From positions 3,253,572-3,317,571 of the forward strand of contig CAVNZM010000008.1 of the NCBI GenBank assembly GCA_963693365.1: a stretch of 64,000 nucleotides of DNA. The letters are read 5' to 3'. Positions 63,665 through 64,000 of this stretch are shown one piece after another. Both the position numbers and the translations under genes were made by a program. Below the pieces are notes generated by a model, which did no database searches, was not told the origin of the DNA, and saw nothing but the letters and a program-made list of their open reading frames with translations. Each line of letters opens with the position of its first letter. Position 1 is the stretch's first letter. The DNA is from Amoebidium appalachense (taxonomy: Eukaryota > Protista > Ichthyosporea).

Positions 63665-64000
63665 ATGGATGAAGACACACTGCTAAGTATGGTGGCAGAC
63701 ACCACAGACCCCGAGAAGCTGCTAGACTTATGCCCCTTCCTCTTCGACATGTACTGTAGCCCGACCACACCCCCACCCCCACCCCCACTACAACCACCGA
63801 ATGCATGTTGGTGGGCATACTGCAACAGGGTGACGTGCACGGGGGGACACGACAACTACGGGCACGACGGTGGAGTCCAGGAGTACGTGTACGAGGAGGG
63901 GGGAGGGAAAGGGGGGGAGGAGGGGGAGGGAGAGGGGGAGGAGGACTGGGTGTACGACGGGAGGGGGTGGGAGGGGAGTGACGGTGAGGGGAGGAAGACC
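63665..64000 (+). CDS. 5' part of the next element ORF (hypothetical; runs off the window)
   Basis: ATG at 63665 is open for 112 codons (MDEDTLLSMVADTTDPEKLLDLCPFLFDMYC...), in the same GC-rich style as pPolB. Confidence 0.55.
   Translation, partial: MDEDTLLSMVADTTDPEKLLDLCPFLFDMYCSPTTPPPPPPLQPPNACWWAYCNRVTCTGGHDNYGHDGGVQEYVYEEGGGKGGEEGEGEGEEDWVYDGRGWEGSDGEGRKT

Larger units (their letters stand above)
56899..64000 (+). mobile_element. Left part of an endogenous Polinton/Maverick (adintovirus-like) element; left boundary tentative
   Basis: Intronless GC-rich pPolB gene, abrupt compositional shift, and a structured/iterated non-coding left end starting at a candidate AGTAG terminus. Integrase and capsid genes are not in the window. 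Confidence 0.8.

Overview
Eukaryotic nuclear DNA, rich in introns and extremely rich in poly(C)/poly(G), (CA)n/(GT)n and (CT)n/(GA)n tracts. Gene content and intron positions suggest an opisthokont, possibly a unicellular holozoan such as an ichthyosporean (inference only). Host genes reconstructed by hand: a signal-peptide small heat-shock protein ending in ...VKEL (645-2134), a secreted bacterial-type sphingomyelinase C/EEP hydrolase (5442-7023), tail-less ASF1 (8461-13007), an SRSF11/SREK1-like two-RRM SR protein (14901-27469), an intronless frameshifted 9-finger C2H2 gene (-, 34481-35693), an intronless atypical bZIP (-, 38828-39766) and HSD17B8 (41400-48414). A non-coding ~535-bp repeat with a structured core occurs in several copies, and those with an intact 3' end all abut poly(C). 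The last ~7 kb is the left part of an endogenous Polinton/Maverick/adintovirus-like element: a 73-nt double-CRE palindrome and six CAAGGCGGCCAAT iterons precede a very large (~1850 codons), thrice-frameshifted protein-primed PolB, followed by another ORF that runs off the window. Most listed ORFs are microsatellite artefacts.
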